Shown here one piece after another: positions 17,313 to 30,190 of a stretch of DNA of 52,535 nucleotides. Origin of the DNA: Eledone cirrhosa. Taxonomy: Eukaryota. The stretch spans positions 1-52,535 of the forward strand of contig CAXHJY010000242.1 in the NCBI GenBank assembly GCA_964016885.1, given 5' to 3'. Every line of letters starts with the position of its first letter. The first letter of the stretch is position 1. The position numbers and the translations under genes were made by a program. The notes under the pieces were generated by a model. The model was not told where the DNA came from. It saw only the letters and a list, made by a program, of their open reading frames with translations, and made no database searches.

Positions 17313-18149
17313 TATCGCCTAATCAATAACCAATCGATCGACAGAATCCAAACCCCAGCCCATGCCGGCTATGACTGTTTGTGACGGCCGACACACTAAA
17401 GTGATTAGCAACTGGAATCCGATACAATTCTATCTCTCGACCAGCCACCGATTTAAAAACTTTACGTGGTGGCGGGAGAATAGAAAACAAATCTTTTCGT
17501 TCCCGTCAAAAGGTGTCAGCCAACGTGTCTCACACACAAATTAATAAGAAGTGAAAAGATGGTTATTAGAAATAGCAGTCCCACATCAATGTATAATAGA
17601 ATGGTAGCATTCGGCTCATGTCTCCAAGTCCCATGGCTAGAGGAAAGCGATAGTAACAATGGTAGTGCCAAGAACCTTTAACGGACATTAAATGCCAGTA
17701 TCTATTATAGAGCGACATATAGTAGCGAGCTGGATTGCGGCAGCCACGTGCGTAAACCAGTCTATTTTACAACTTATATATATATGGATATATATGGATT
17801 GAGAGGGACGAGGCTGTGTGGTTACTGATAACGAGTGTTAGAAAGTAAAGGGACACACAGACATATATATACATACATATACATACCTACACATACACAC
17901 ACACATAAAATATATATATATGGGCGGGGGGTGCATGTGTGTGTATTCTGTGGGCAGTTAGAACAGAATATGAGAACAACATATTTAATAAATGAGACGA
18001 TTGACATACTAATCGAAAGCGGTAATACTGATAAAACTTCATTTAATGTAATAAATATAAAAATATTTATTCTGTGGGATTAAAGAAATAGTTATGGTTT
18101 GCTCCCTTCCAAACCCGAACTAAACAATAGATATTGTTTAGCTCGTCAG

Positions 18150-19622
18150 TTTCTGCTTCAGCTGTTGAGTGCTGTTGGCGAAAGCTGCTTTGTGTGGTTC
18201 AATATCAAGTGGTCAAAGATGCCCTCACAACAAAGAAGAAGGCTTACAAAGCTTGGCTTGGAAATAAGTCCCTCTTCTTCGACAAAAGCAGGCGTGAAAA
18301 GTCGCAGCAGAGAAGTAAAGGTGTCCAAAGTTAAGATATGGGAGGACTTTGGAATCCGACTTCAGATCAGCAAATAAAGTGTTCTGGCAAACCATCCGCC
18401 AATTTTGTAATAAGTCCTCCTCCTCCACAACTGCTATCAGGAACGCATCTGGGTTTCTCTCTTCAGAGAGATGCATCCTCGCAAGGTGGGGAGGATACTT
18501 TGCTGATGTACACGAAGTACATCTGAGAGCGATGACTAATCTCTAGGAGGCTAAGGTCACAAGAGCAATTAAAGACTTGAAATGTGGCAAGGTAACTGGG
18601 GATGATGAAATCGAGAGTGATAATCCCAAATTTCAAAAAGGAAGAGAGATTGCTCTAATTATAGAGGAATCTCCTTGTTAAGTATATACGAAGTGTCTGG
18701 CAAAGAGATGCAGGGAGATTGTCGAGTACAGGCTAGCTGAGGAAGTGTGGTTTTTGCCCCAGACGCAGCACAGCCGACCAAATATTCACTCTGCGGCAGG
18801 TCTGCGAAAAATCGTGAGATTACTGCCAAGAGGTATATTCTTATGTCGACCTTTAAAAGGCATATGACCGCGTTCCTCGGGATCTGCTGCGGAAGGTTCT
18901 GCAGGAGTATGGGATCGATGGTCAGCTTCTTGCTGCCTTGATGTCTCTATACAAATGCTCTAATATTTGCATTCGGATAAATGGTGCTAAATGGAAACCA
19001 TTTAATGAGTCGAACTCCGCCAGAGGTGCATACTGTCACCTCTCCTGTTCATATTCTTCATAAACATGATTGACATGCTTAGTGGGTCGGAAGTGGTATC
19101 ATGACTGCCGGGTGTAGGATCAGTCGGCTGGAATTTATAGACGACATGGTACTACTCAACTCGTCAGAAGGTGATCTCCGACATAATCTTAATAGGTTTG
19201 ATTCTGAATGCTGCATGGCTGAAATGAAAATCAGATCAGCGTAAACTGAAACACTCGTCGTCTCGAGGAAGCTTGTGCAGTGCACTTTACATGTGAGTTG
19301 AGTTCCACTGAAGCAGGGGGAAAACTTTAAGATTCCAGGCGCCGTGTTCACGAATAATGGAAGGCAGGAGGCTGAATTGAGTGCACAAATTGGAGGAGTT
19401 GGTTCAGTAATGCGCCAGCTTCAGCATTAGGTAATCAGAAGAAGGGTGTTAGGTGTAAAAGCCAAACTCGCTATCTTCAATTCAGTGTTCGTGCCAACTC
19501 TTACCTATGGCCATGAATCCTGGATAATGACCGAAAGAATACGATAGCGAATACAAGTGGCTGAAATGAGATACCTCCGAAGTGCCTTTGGAGTGACGTT
19601 AATCGATAAAGTGTGCAGCTCA
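18150..19622 (+). mobile_element. Heavily decayed RTE-clade LINE
   Basis: Remnants SANKVFWQTIRQ, LKCGKVTGDDEI, NYRGISLL, KAYDRVPRD, LSPLLFI and YGHESWIMTER occur in shifting frames. Confidence 0.85.
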
Positions 19623-19737
19623 GAAAAGAAAAAGAAGATTCAAAGAATAAAGAATCTTTAATTATATTCCTGTGCTTCTTACTTTTTTTCTTTTTACCTA
19701 TAATCTTCGATTTGTATGGAACTTTACCCTCTTTTTC

Positions 19738-19774
<37 letters not shown>

Positions 19775-19785
<11 letters not shown>

Positions 19786-20339
19786 GGCAATTTCTGCTTG
19801 TCTGTGATCCGACACCAGTGACCCGACCCTGATGAAACCCAATAATGGAACCCCTGGGGGACATCTTTACGGTGGGGGAGGAAAGAGAGGACGTTTCAGT
19901 GAGAGAGGAGAAAGAGGAGATACTACTACTGTGTGTTAAACTCTCCCTCCCACTATACCCCTTTCTTCTCCCACAACTTCAATAATTTCTTCAATAATTG
20001 CGATGACTTCCTCAATTGTTCTGTGTTTGTTCTTGAGCGCTAAGGCAGTAAGTTTGCTATTCTTATACATAAGTTTGTTGAATAAGTTCCATACTCTTCC
20101 AGCTCAAACTTCCCCGGCTTTTTCACTCTGAATGAAGAAAGCTGAATGGAAGAAGGACTTATGACATAAACAGCTATTGATAGTTCCATACAAAAAAATT
20201 GATCTGCCATAAACACACCTAGCAAAGATTGCTATTGAAAATCCAATATGGCCAGCCAGGGTCGCTAGCATTTTCAGGTGCACTTTGGAAACTGCGAATA
20301 ACCGCACCTTTTCCGGGTATTGCCGGGTACTTCAGCTAG
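19775..20339 (+). mobile_element. Non-autonomous Helitron-like element
   Basis: The 5' ~200 bp are homologous to 33961-34260. The 3' end is CCGGGTATTGCCGGG-tacttcag-CTAG|T, and the element sits in TA repeats. Confidence 0.7.
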
Positions 20340-20550
20340 TATATATGTACGTTTGTATTTATCGTAGTTATGGTATAAGTATGGCCATATGCAATTGATT
20401 GCTTTCCTTGGTGTCACACTTCCTTAACTTTGTATTCACTCTCGACGAAAATGTATTAAATTTTCTCACCATTGAGTGCTTTATGGCTGCCTCAAACAAT
20501 TTGATCGGTATCTTCTATATTGCGGCTACCACTTCGATTTATAGATATTG

Positions 20551-20687
<137 letters not shown>

Positions 20688-21196
20688 GTCAGGTCACTCG
20701 AGTACTACTGGTAACATGTAACCCAGTAGAACCTGTCTCATGGTCGGGTCGTCGGCGACTAAACCGGCAACCCCACCAAGCTTGCTTAGTGAAGAAGGTG
20801 ATATTTGTACACCCTGCGAGATGAAATACAAGACCAGGCAGAGTCAACAGCCATCCAAATAGCACTTCTTTTTTTTTTTTTCACCTGGGAGTGAAAGGGC
20901 CCCCAGTTGTTGTCACAACACCTTTCTAGGAGAGGGAAACTCTGGAAAAAACCTTCGGCTTTGGAAGCATTCGATGATGTTGACCAGTTCTCCTTTTCGG
21001 GTAGCCTTTTCGATGCTCAGAGAGTAGGACTAGTCGAGTGCAAGGCCTTTCCCCACTTAAAAAGCCTTCAAAGCACAGGCATTGCTCGTTCAGGATATGT
21101 TACAGATTTGTGTGGCTGGCCATAGCCTAAAGGTGCACCAAACACTATAATCTGACAAGCGATTGCAGTACTCTTAGCAGAGTTTGCAGCCATCAT
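20688..21196 (+). mobile_element. Diverged relative of the ~600-bp element, copy D (opposite orientation)
   Basis: Begins GTCAGGTCAC..TACTGGTAACATGTAACCCAGTAG, contains TCTAGGAGAGGGAAACTCTG, and ends TTGCAGCCATC-(ATGT)n. It is collinear with the reverse complement of copies A-C. Confidence 0.75.
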
Positions 21197-21346
21197 GTAT
21201 GTATCTATATATGAGTGTATGTGTGTGTGTGTGGCATAAGCTGGTGGCATTGGTGAAACTTCGAAGTAATTATTAATAACATTGACTCTGTAAACAGTAT
21301 ATGAGTCCTTCGTACAGCGCATGGTTAGAGTGTTTATGATACAAAC

Positions 21347-21387
<41 letters not shown>

Positions 21388-21547
21388 AGGTGAGTGTACA
21401 GCGAGCCAATAAGGAATTCTATGTGTGCTTCAGAACTTTTCAAAATTTATATGTAAGATATATAAAAAATATAGGAAAAAATATCAAAAGCTAGGCCATT
21501 ATAAAAATAGGTGATCAAGCCATATGTTAACTACACTTGTGTGTTAA

Positions 21548-21750
21548 TCCTTTAGCATTTAAACCGGCCATATCCGGTCAGAATTCTCTCTCTTCTTTTT
21601 GTTCAAACCAGCTGTAACCAACCACTCATACTTATGTTAGAGTATTGTTCTCAAAATAAATAATATCAATATTTCGTAGATTCGATATTATGTGAGATAA
21701 TTACTACGAAAATACAATAGTTTATATAGAGCAATGTAAATGCTAAAAGG
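21548..21750. mobile_element. piggyBac-type MITE
   Basis: TTAA-TCCTTTAGCATTTA...TAAATGCTAAAAGG-TTAA: terminal inverted repeats with TTAA on both sides. Confidence 0.75.
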
Positions 21751-21774
21751 TTAAAGAAAGTTAGAATCACTTAC

Positions 21775-21869
21775 CAGTTTTAGCATATCACAAGCAGGGG
21801 GGTTGTGGACTCTTGCACGAAATTTATTGTGAGTCTCAATAATAGATATCTTGTCAACTTCAGATACTC
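21775..21869 (-). CDS. Exon of CAP/SCP-domain (CRISP, venom allergen/Tex31-like) protein gene
   Basis: ttttgattgtAG|...|GTAAGT; 95 nt, phase 1 to 0. Translates (G)VSEVDKISIIETHNKFRARVHNPPACDMLKL, the HN..R..V.PPA..M..L motif that opens the CAP domain. Confidence 0.9.
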
Positions 21870-21926
21870 CTACAATCAAAACATGTAAAGTAGATCAGAT
21901 AGATACATTAATAATTGAGATCAGAA

Positions 21927-22254
21927 GAAAGGTTCTTAAACTTTTGGGGCCACCACCCCGCTCACGGTCACTTAATGCCTTCAGCGCACCCCCACCTCTA
22001 TTTACAGACAGACCTGCCTACACGCAAATTGTAAATAATATATAATAAATAAAATCGTTAATTTGCATATAATAAACAATATAATATATATTATGTATAA
22101 ATAAATATTATACATTTTTTATTTTACTAACTTTATATAAAATGTGTATAATTTGATATTTAATATATTATTATATCCTCTCTACCACCCCTTTAGGCCC
22201 TAGTGCCCCCTTGACCTTCTCTACGCCCAGTAGCGCCCACTTTTAAAACCTCTG
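21927..22254. mobile_element. Possible decayed hAT-type MITE
   Basis: Ends AAAGGTTCTTAAACTTT and TTTTAAAACCTCTG are imperfect inverted repeats; no target-site duplication confirmed. Confidence 0.35.
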
Positions 22255-22646
22255 CTTTAGAATAACCGATATCATATTCTCATTTGAAAGTGTTGGCACC
22301 CGGTGATACTCGTCAATGCATGTTGCAATCATTCACTCACTGAAATATTTTGATCCTGACTGCTGACATGATATTTTTTCGTACACAATGTAATATGAAT
22401 CACTGTTGACTTTACTCTAGTTCCTCCGTTGATGACATACGTCCATTACGCTGCCACTCCATGGTGGGATTATTTTGAAGGTTATTCTTCTAGCGATTAA
22501 AGTTTAATCTGCTTCTTACCTTTTGGTCTATCTGGAATAGTTGAACTTACCAGTATAGCCCTTTAGATCGAAAGAGCACACAAGCCACTCCACCACTACG
22601 AGGTACTTAATCATATATGTACAAGCATATATACACACTATTGATA

Positions 22647-22828
22647 GGCGTTGACTCTCATGAGTTCCTCCTCTATTTCATGTGTTATGTTTTTCAACCT
22701 ACAGGATCTCCAAAAACCACCCTCTGCACCAAACAGTCTTATTGTGGTTGCTGGTTTAGTCGCTGACAAATCATGCAACAGGTTCTACTGAGTTGCATGT
22801 TACCAGTAGCGTTTGAGAGCGGTCGGAC
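22647..22828 (-). mobile_element. Old fragment of the ~600-bp element (structured end), copy F
   Basis: GGTTTAGTCGC...ACAGGTTCTACTGAGTTGCATGTTACCAGTAGC matches the right end of copies B and C. Confidence 0.65.
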
Positions 22829-23084
22829 AAGTTGCATATGTTGCTTATTAATGTTTCTGAAAATAGGGTTAGTGTCACTCCATCACATGTTCACATTTCA
22901 GTCAACCTAATAATATTCAATATTTATTGTCATTCAATATATATGCGTTCGTGCGAACCTGCGGGTATGTGTACGTGCTTGAGTGAATGTATGTGTGCTC
23001 ATATATGTATATGTAAGCGCGCGTTAGTGTATGTGTGTGTGCGTGTGCGCGTGTGTGTGTGTGAATGTATACGTCTGCATCGTG

Positions 23085-24005
23085 GGAGTAATGCCAAGAC
23101 GTGTATGCTTGTTTCGTGGATCTCGAAAGGGTATACGATTGCGTTCTATGGGACTTGTGGAAGGTTCTGCAAGAGTATGTGATAAATGGACAGCTCCGTG
23201 CTGCCATGATGTCTCTATACGAATGCTCTAATAGTTGTGTTCGGATAAATGGTGCTACATCAAAATCCTTCAATATAGGAATTGGACTCGGCCAGTGGTG
23301 CGTACTGTCACATCTCATGTTCATATTCTTCATAAACAGGATTGACATGTGCACCGATGGGTGTAGGATCAGTCGGCTGTTATTTGCAGACGACATAGTA
23401 CTGCTTAACTCGTTGAAAGGTGATCTTTGACATACACTGGACAGATTCGCTGCTGAGTCCTGCTCGAAGGAATGGAAATGAATGCTGCGAAGACTGAGAC
23501 ACTCGTCCTCTCGAGAAAACCTGTCTAGTACATTCTGCTGCAACATTCGCGTCTGCCCTTACTTATTGTTATGAATCTTGAGTAATGTCCGAAAGAATAC
23601 GATCGCAAATACTAGCGGTCGAAATAGGGTTACTTCGCCTTCGAAGTAACCCTATTTCGACCGCTAGTATTTGCGATCGTATTCTTTGGATTAACGTTAC
23701 TTCAACGAGGGAAGGGCTCTAGGTAGAGCCGTTATTTCTCCAAATCGAGAGACCTGAGCCTCGATACTAAGGACATAGGGTTAGAGTGTCTAAGGAAAGA
23801 ATCACTGAACAAGTTTTACGGACAAAGCTAACCAGCAGGAGACTCTAGGATAGATCACAAGCATGATGGCTGGATAACATGAGTTCAATTGGTTGTGCTT
23901 GGTGATCCAGCGGGATCAACTGGAGATGGTTGCGTCTGACAAGGCTCATTAAAAAGTGTTTCTGGTTATTCTGTCCCCACTAACCTCCCAGAAATAATAA
24001 TAATA
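23085..24005 (+). mobile_element. Decayed 3' part of an RTE-clade LINE (same family as 18150-19622)
   Basis: YACFVDLERVYD, VLQEYVINGQL, LLFADDIVLL; short (TAA)n tail. Confidence 0.85.
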
Positions 24006-24007
24006 AC

Positions 24008-24190
24008 AATTGTTTCTACTTTAAGCACAAGGCCAGTAATTTGAAGGGGAGGGGAAAAGTCGATTAAATCGACCCAAGTGCATTACTGGTGCATTATTTT
24101 ATCGATCCCGTAAGGAGGAAAGACAAAGCTAACCTCCGTGGGATTTGAACTCAGATCACAAAGGATCTATACCACAAAACATGTTGTCCA
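24008..24190 (-). mobile_element. tRNA-derived SINE, family 1
   Basis: B box GAGTTCAAATCC on the minus strand; body shared with 51576-51788 and other copies. Confidence 0.8.
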
Positions 24191-24483
24191 ACGATAATAA
24201 TAATAATAATAATGGTTTTTTTATTGACCACAAGGGCTAACACGAAGAAAAACATTACAGACGTCACAGAACAGTACAGGACGATACAAAGTGGGTTTTG
24301 GTCGTGTAAATAGGTTTATAACAAGATAGAAATCGGGATAGAAATCAAAAAAATTCAAACAACAAAAATTTCCAAAAAAGGGGGAAACCTCCAAGGGTCA
24401 CTCGTGGCGAAAACCACACAAAAAAGACCACGGCCACCCTGGCCACCAGGGCAAACGCCCTCTCAGTTTTCTCACTCTTCAGT

Positions 24484-27400
24484 CTACAGGCACATACTTA
24501 GAGCGGGCCCGTTCACTCGGACCAGACTCGCCACTTTCACCCACCTTTCAACACAGTTACTAGAAGACAGCACTTGCTTCTCCACCCTGATTTTCCTCTT
24601 CAAGTGAAACTTGAAAAAGTTAATCAGGGATTGGCCGGAGAGGAAAATGTCTGTCTTCAACCCTTTCAACCTTGTCCACCACACAATCTCTTTCGCCATG
24701 GCCACCAGGCAGATGAAAACTGCCTGCCCTTCCTCCTCTTTAAAGGAGGATGGTGGGGCTATCTGCACAATGGACTCAGTCGATAACCGGATCCGTCCTA
24801 CACACGACAGCAGCTGTTCGACATAGCTCCACAAGTCAGGCACTGAACGAGTGCGTACAGGACAGTTTCTTTCGTCGCCCTGCGAGCATCTCGGACAGGC
24901 TCGGCTGACAGCACCTCCGTGCCTGTAAAGCTTATCCCGAACCGGCAACGCTCCCGGTAGCACTGAAAGGCCAGGGATTTCTGGAAGTTGTCCATAGGCC
25001 CCGGTCTGAAAGTTCTCTTGAAGCCAGCGAACAGCTGATCGTCTTCGACGCCCAGGGTCGCCCCGAGAACATCGTCGCTCTTTCCCACTAGCCCTCTATA
25101 GAACGCCGAGGTGGATGTTCCACCGATACTAGTGCCCAACTGGTAGAGGGCGGTGAGCGCTTGAAGACATTCCAGCTTCCAGGTGCTATCCCTCGGTTTT
25201 TTCCTGATTCGGGACTGCAGCTCCGTCAAGGAGACGAGCTGGGGGAAAGCGCGTCTGGCAAACGGCGACCACACCTGTTCACCATCAAGGAAGCACCAGA
25301 GATGTCGCAGCCTCAGCGCATGTTTGCGCATCATCAGCCACGGCATGCTTAGTCCTCCACGCAACGGGTGTTGACAGCAAATGGATCGTCTGACCATGGG
25401 AGCACTTCCCTTCCACAAAAAGCGGAATAGAAGGCGCTCCATTTTGGTCAGAGTTGGGCGGGGGCAAGGTACGATGGTCAGACGGTAGCAGATGACGGAC
25501 GCTATGTACGCATTCGCCACCTCCGCCCGACCTTTCAGAGACAGCCTCCTCTCGGCCCATTTCTGGGTGAGAGAGGCCACCCTGCTCGTCCCCTCGCTCC
25601 AATTTTTCTCCATCTGGAGGTCCGGACCGAACTAGACCCCGAGCAATTTAACCGGTCCGTCCGTCCAACGCCCCACGACGCTGTCGGACGGCATGGACCT
25701 GTCTCTCCAGGTGCCGAGTTGCAAGCCCACCGACTTTTCCTGGTTTATCTTTGTTCCTGTCACCGCTTCGTATTCCTTGAGAGCGGTGCCCAGCATCTGG
25801 ACGGGTTTGGTGCTCGACACCACCACGGTGACGTCGTCGGCGTAAGCTGACACGGATCTCCCGCATCCCAGTTCGCGTCGGACCCCCTCATCGTCTCGAA
25901 TTTGTGCAGTAACGGCTCGAGGGCCAGTACGTACAAGAGGGACGAGAGGAGAAACCCTGGCGGACCGAGCGCATGATGCTGAAAGGCTGCGACAGGTGAT
26001 CATTCACCTTCCCAATCGAGCAGATGTAACTGTGCATCGCAGCGATCCAGCCCCTAAAAACGGGGCTGAAGCCGGCCGCCTCGAGGACCGCAGCCAGGTA
26101 CCGATGGTCGACCCTATCAAATGCTTTAGATTGATCCAAGTTGATCGGGGCCCCACCCGTGCCAGGTTCCTTAACCACCCTCTCTATGATGTATCGCATG
26201 AGATGGAGGTTGTCGTGGATTGATCTGTCCGGAATGGCGCATGGCTGCGCCTCTCCCACCAGATCACCGACGACAAGCGTCAATCTCTTTGCTAACACCT
26301 TGACCAAAATCTTAAACTCTGCGTTTAGCAGAGTTATGGGCCTGAAGTTGTCTATAACGTCCCCCTTGTTCGGGTCTTTTCTCACCAGCGCCACCGATCC
26401 CCGGCTCACAAAACTGGGAATGCTCCCGTTCTGCTGCCAGTTGCAGTAGACATCTGCCAAGAGGTCGCCGAACAAGTCTGGCATATACGCATAAAGCTTG
26501 TAGGGCAGACCATCCAAACCTGGCGATTTACCCCTCGTGCAGTCAGACATCGCTTCCTGTATTTCACATGCTGTTATCGGCTTTTTGCAGCACTGCGGTC
26601 GTCGAGAGCCGCGGCAGTCCATCAAGGTATGCACCGAAGTCCATACTCCGATCCGGCCCGCTGTCGCTCCCGAACATTTGAGTAAAGTGCTGTTGAAAAG
26701 CCGCACACATCTGCTCGGGTTCGAGCAACATGCGCCCGTTTTGATCAGACAAAAACCGAATTGTGGACTTGTTGTCACGTCGCGCCTACACCATCCGTGC
26801 CCATTTAACGGCTTTCGTCCCCTCGTGTTTTAGAGCATGCGTTCTAGCTCTGACAACGCAGCCTTCATGCTTTGCGTTGAAGAATTGGTCGAGTGCCAAT
26901 CTCGCCGCAAGCACGTCGGTTGCGATGCCTGTCCTAAACGCCTCTTCTAACTTTCTAACTTATTTTCCTCTATCACTACTCCTTTGCTAAACCTTATCGA
27001 TTCTACTCTAATAGCCCTGTTCAGGGTAAACCACCACCTGTTGTTGACGATCGCACCCGTCAACGTGCGCTTAACTAATTCGCTAATCCAGTCTCTGTAA
27101 GCTTTGCGCGCCGGGAACGACACATTCAGCTTCCAGTAGCCGGGCCCTTTCCTATGGAGTCTATCTAAGTCAACTTCACAGATCACAAATTTGTGGTCCG
27201 TGTAGTCGACTACTTTAAATTGTGGACAACCTACACTAGCCTTATCTGTTTCCCTACAGAATACCCTATCTAAATACGATCTGGATGACCCGATGCGGTT
27301 TGCCCATGTCCACATTGGCACATTCGGATAATCCAGTTCAAAACATCTGAGCAGGTTGTTGAGGCTTTTACACCCTCCTCCCCTGTCTACTTTCCCCACA

Positions 27401-27776
27401 TAATCCCAGCCTACATCTAAGATACGGTTCCAGTCGCCCACTAACACTAAAGAGCGGGACGTTCCTTCGCTGCCGGTCACGTCTAGCACCACCGACTTAC
27501 CTTCTGGGTCCAGGAAGATGGCTCGTATGGCGAGATCCAGGTCTCTCCGAAAAAGCACGGCAACCCCTCCCCCCCCCCCCCCCCCACTCCGATCCTGGAC
27601 AGCTGGGAGATGTGTATACATCGTAGCCGCCGAAGATCGGTGCGAAAGCTCGTGCTTCGGAGATTCTGGTCTCACTGATGGCCACCGCATCTATGTTTAG
27701 TGACCTGAGGTCGTTGAGCAGGTGACCCTGCTTCCAAGATGAACGCATTTATACTGCCTATTCTAAGTAAGGCCAT
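24484..27776 (-). pseudogene. LINE ORF2 (APE endonuclease, reverse transcriptase), multiple frameshifts
   Basis: ATG at 27776 (MALLRIGSINA), then VAISETR, VGDWN, SYLDR, TDHK, WKLN, GKSPGLDGLP, FRPITLLNAEFKIL, DQSKAFDRVDH, AYADD and CPRC. Confidence 0.92.
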
Positions 27777-28451
27777 GTTGGATGAGAAACGGGGTAAGTG
27801 AGAAAGGATCACTTACCTTGATCGTGTGGTGAAGGGACAATAGAACCGTCCTTTTGGCTGGTCATGGGTGTTTCCAAGAGGATGTCAGTGTATATCCTCT
27901 TGGTAACCGACCCTCTGAAGTCTCCAACTATGTTGGGGAATTTCTGTTTTAAAAGTTTGTAATGTTCTATTTTGATTTCAATGATGTTTATGTTTGTCGG
28001 GAGAGGTCTTGGTGTTTGTGGGGTGTAGTAGTTTTTTTTCTGTGATGTCTGTCTGTTGCTTTATATGTTGTAAGAGTTCTTTATTTGCCATGTTTATGGC
28101 TGTGTACTTTAGGGGGGGGGGGCGATTTTGTTGCTGTTTTCTTATTGCTGTTGGGTGTGTGTGTTTTGTTGTTTGCGATGTTGGTGTTTTTGGTGATACT
28201 GGTGGTGATGCTTGTGGTGGTGATGGTGATGGTGTTGTTGCAAGTCTCCTTGCAGCCTTACCCCCTCTTTGTCAGCCTTCGCTTTTGGAGGGTGAAGCTA
28301 AGGGTTTTTTCTTTTTTGTGGCAGACCGTTTGCCACTTCCCTCCCGCCTCACACTCCATGTCGGACCCCGCGGCGTCCGGGAGGGGCATGAGCTTCACTG
28401 CTGTTGGTGGTGGTAGTGGAGCCCGCTCCGGCGATTTTATCGCCGGTGTAG

Positions 28452-29444
28452 CTACCGTTGGTTTTGCCGCCACTGTTGCCGCTGCTTTAGTTGTCCGTGG
28501 CCTTGGTATGGGTGCCACAGGCGTTGCCCTCTTACTCCCCATGGAAGGGTATTCTGCCTCTGTTGCCTGCCCTGCTCTTGGGAGCAGCGGATCAGGCATC
28601 GGAAGGAGGGGGGGGGGCGGCTCTTCTTGGCTGTCTTCTGCGGGCAGAAGGCCCTGAGATGACCCTTCTGCCCACAGAGATAGCACTTTGGACGCCTTCC
28701 TTCCACGTTTATAGGGAGTCGGCGCCCTTCTTCGAGGTCTATGAGGTCTGGGATGGCCTCGATGCACTCCTGGTCAGTCTGTATTATCATTTGCATGCCT
28801 ATTCCTGACCAGTTCTCTCTTCCCATTCTCTGTATTTGCAGTATGGTGGTCTTCTCCTCGATTCCAGCCAGTACAGACGCGGCCAGCCAAAGTATGGGCA
28901 CGTCGGGCGGGACCTGGGTCACTTTGACCCTCACAATTTTCTGCCCGCAGTAAGAGGGCACCAAGACTATCTCCTCACTCTTTAGGGTTTCCAAAGTGTG
29001 AGACTTCGCCTCTTGGGTGGTGGCGAAATGTACGTTTACTGTGGCGTACTTTTTGCCTCGGGTGATGTGGGTTTTGCGCGCCCAGACGCACCCCAACGCC
29101 TTTTGGATTTGAGCCTCCATGGCTCTCTCCACCCGATGTGACATTTTGCTTACGGTGCGGTAAGTCACCGTGCGCAGTTGCTGGTCTTTGAAGAAATCGA
29201 GTGGAGGTTTCAGGGAAACTCTATTGTCGTTTCTCGACACCATGGCTCTTGCGACTGCCATCTCCTCCACTGTCTTTATATTTCGGGCCACTCTTGCGAA
29301 AGAAGTGGCCTCTTTTTCAGCGGCACCATTATTGCTGCCGCTACTGCTGCTACTGGTCTTGTTGTTGGTGCTGTTGCTGTTGCTACTGCTACAAACGGTG
29401 TTGTTGCTTATATCCCTTACACAACAAGAAATATTTAACAACAA
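28452..29444 (-). CDS. LINE ORF1 (gag-like nucleic-acid-binding protein), N-terminal frame; continues after a frameshift toward ~27810
   Basis: Zinc knuckle CYLCGQKGHLRAFC, located upstream of ORF2; the true start codon is uncertain. Confidence 0.8.
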   Translation of the reverse strand: MLLNISCCVRDISNNTVCSSSNSNSTNNKTSSSSSGSNNGAAEKEATSFARVARNIKTVEEMAVARAMVSRNDNRVSLKPPLDFFKDQQLRTVTYRTVSKMSHRVERAMEAQIQKALGCVWARKTHITRGKKYATVNVHFATTQEAKSHTLETLKSEEIVLVPSYCGQKIVRVKVTQVPPDVPILWLAASVLAGIEEKTTILQIQRMGRENWSGIGMQMIIQTDQECIEAIPDLIDLEEGRRLPINVEGRRPKCYLCGQKGHLRAFCPQKTAKKSRPPPSFRCLIRCSQEQGRQQRQNTLPWGVRGQRLWHPYQGHGQLKQRQQWRQNQR

Positions 29445-29506
29445 ATAATTTTAATAGGCAAATAAAGCGACTTAATGGGAGCGAGCAAAAGACGTCCGAT
29501 TAGACC

Positions 29507-29534
<28 letters not shown>

Positions 29535-29537
<3 letters not shown>

Positions 29538-30190
29538 GCTCCAACCGAATACCTAAACAGGCACAACAGAGCTGCACAATACATACATTGGATAATGTGT
29601 AATCATTTTGACCTGCCCCATCAAAAGAATTGGTGGGAGCATCAAACACCTCCGTACTTGAAAAAGATCACATCTCAATCTTGTGGAACTTGAGCATCCA
29701 AACAGACAGAAAAATAGATGCAAATAGACCTGATATAATACTGAAGGACTTTAAAAAGAGTGTATGCCTGCTAATTGATATGTCCGTTCCAATAGACAAG
29801 AATGTATCTATAAAAACATTTGAAAAATTCAGCAAGCATAAGGACCTGGAGATAGAAATTGGAAAAATGTGGAAATTGAGAACTAAAACAATGCCAGTGG
29901 TTGAAGGCGCTCTAGGAATGATACCTAAGGGGTCTAATGATTACTTATCGTAAATCCCAGGAAACCCGCAGATAGAAGAAATACAAAAGATAGTACTAAT
30001 GGGGACTGCCCATACACTAAGGAAGATTCTGTCAATGTAAGTACATCACAAGTCTAAACACCTAAAGATGCATATTTGTGTATTTTTGTTCTTTCTTGAA
30101 CATGGCGGACCTTGTTGTCTCTTGAGGTCACTGGTTGTGACTTGGTGATAACTCGTATGAACATAAAGCAAGATAAATGCAACTGTAAGG
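29535..30190 (+). mobile_element. 5'-truncated R4/Dong-like retrotransposon (restriction-like endonuclease domain)
   Basis: YLNRHN, ANRPDIIL, LLIDMSVP, EKFSKHKDL, PVVEGALG and QKIVLMGTAHTLRK; begins directly after (TAA)n. Confidence 0.88.

Larger units (their letters stand above)
24214..29506 (-). mobile_element. Apparently full-length L1/Tx1-type LINE (~5.3 kb) inserted in (TAA)n
   Basis: 5' UTR, ORF1 with a CCHC knuckle, ORF2 with APE, RT and C-terminal Cys motif, and a 3' end AATAAAAAAACC. (TAA)n lies directly on both flanks. Confidence 0.92.

Noticed and set aside
17610-17650. Candidate next CAP exon (ttcctctAG|CCA TGG GAC)
   Set aside because: It reads PWDLET then a stop, and lacks the LA..AQ.WA..C continuation.
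19826-19840. CTGATGAAAC (also near 34052) as a hammerhead
   Set aside because: There is no room for helix II and no helix I/III. It is part of the Helitron 5' region.
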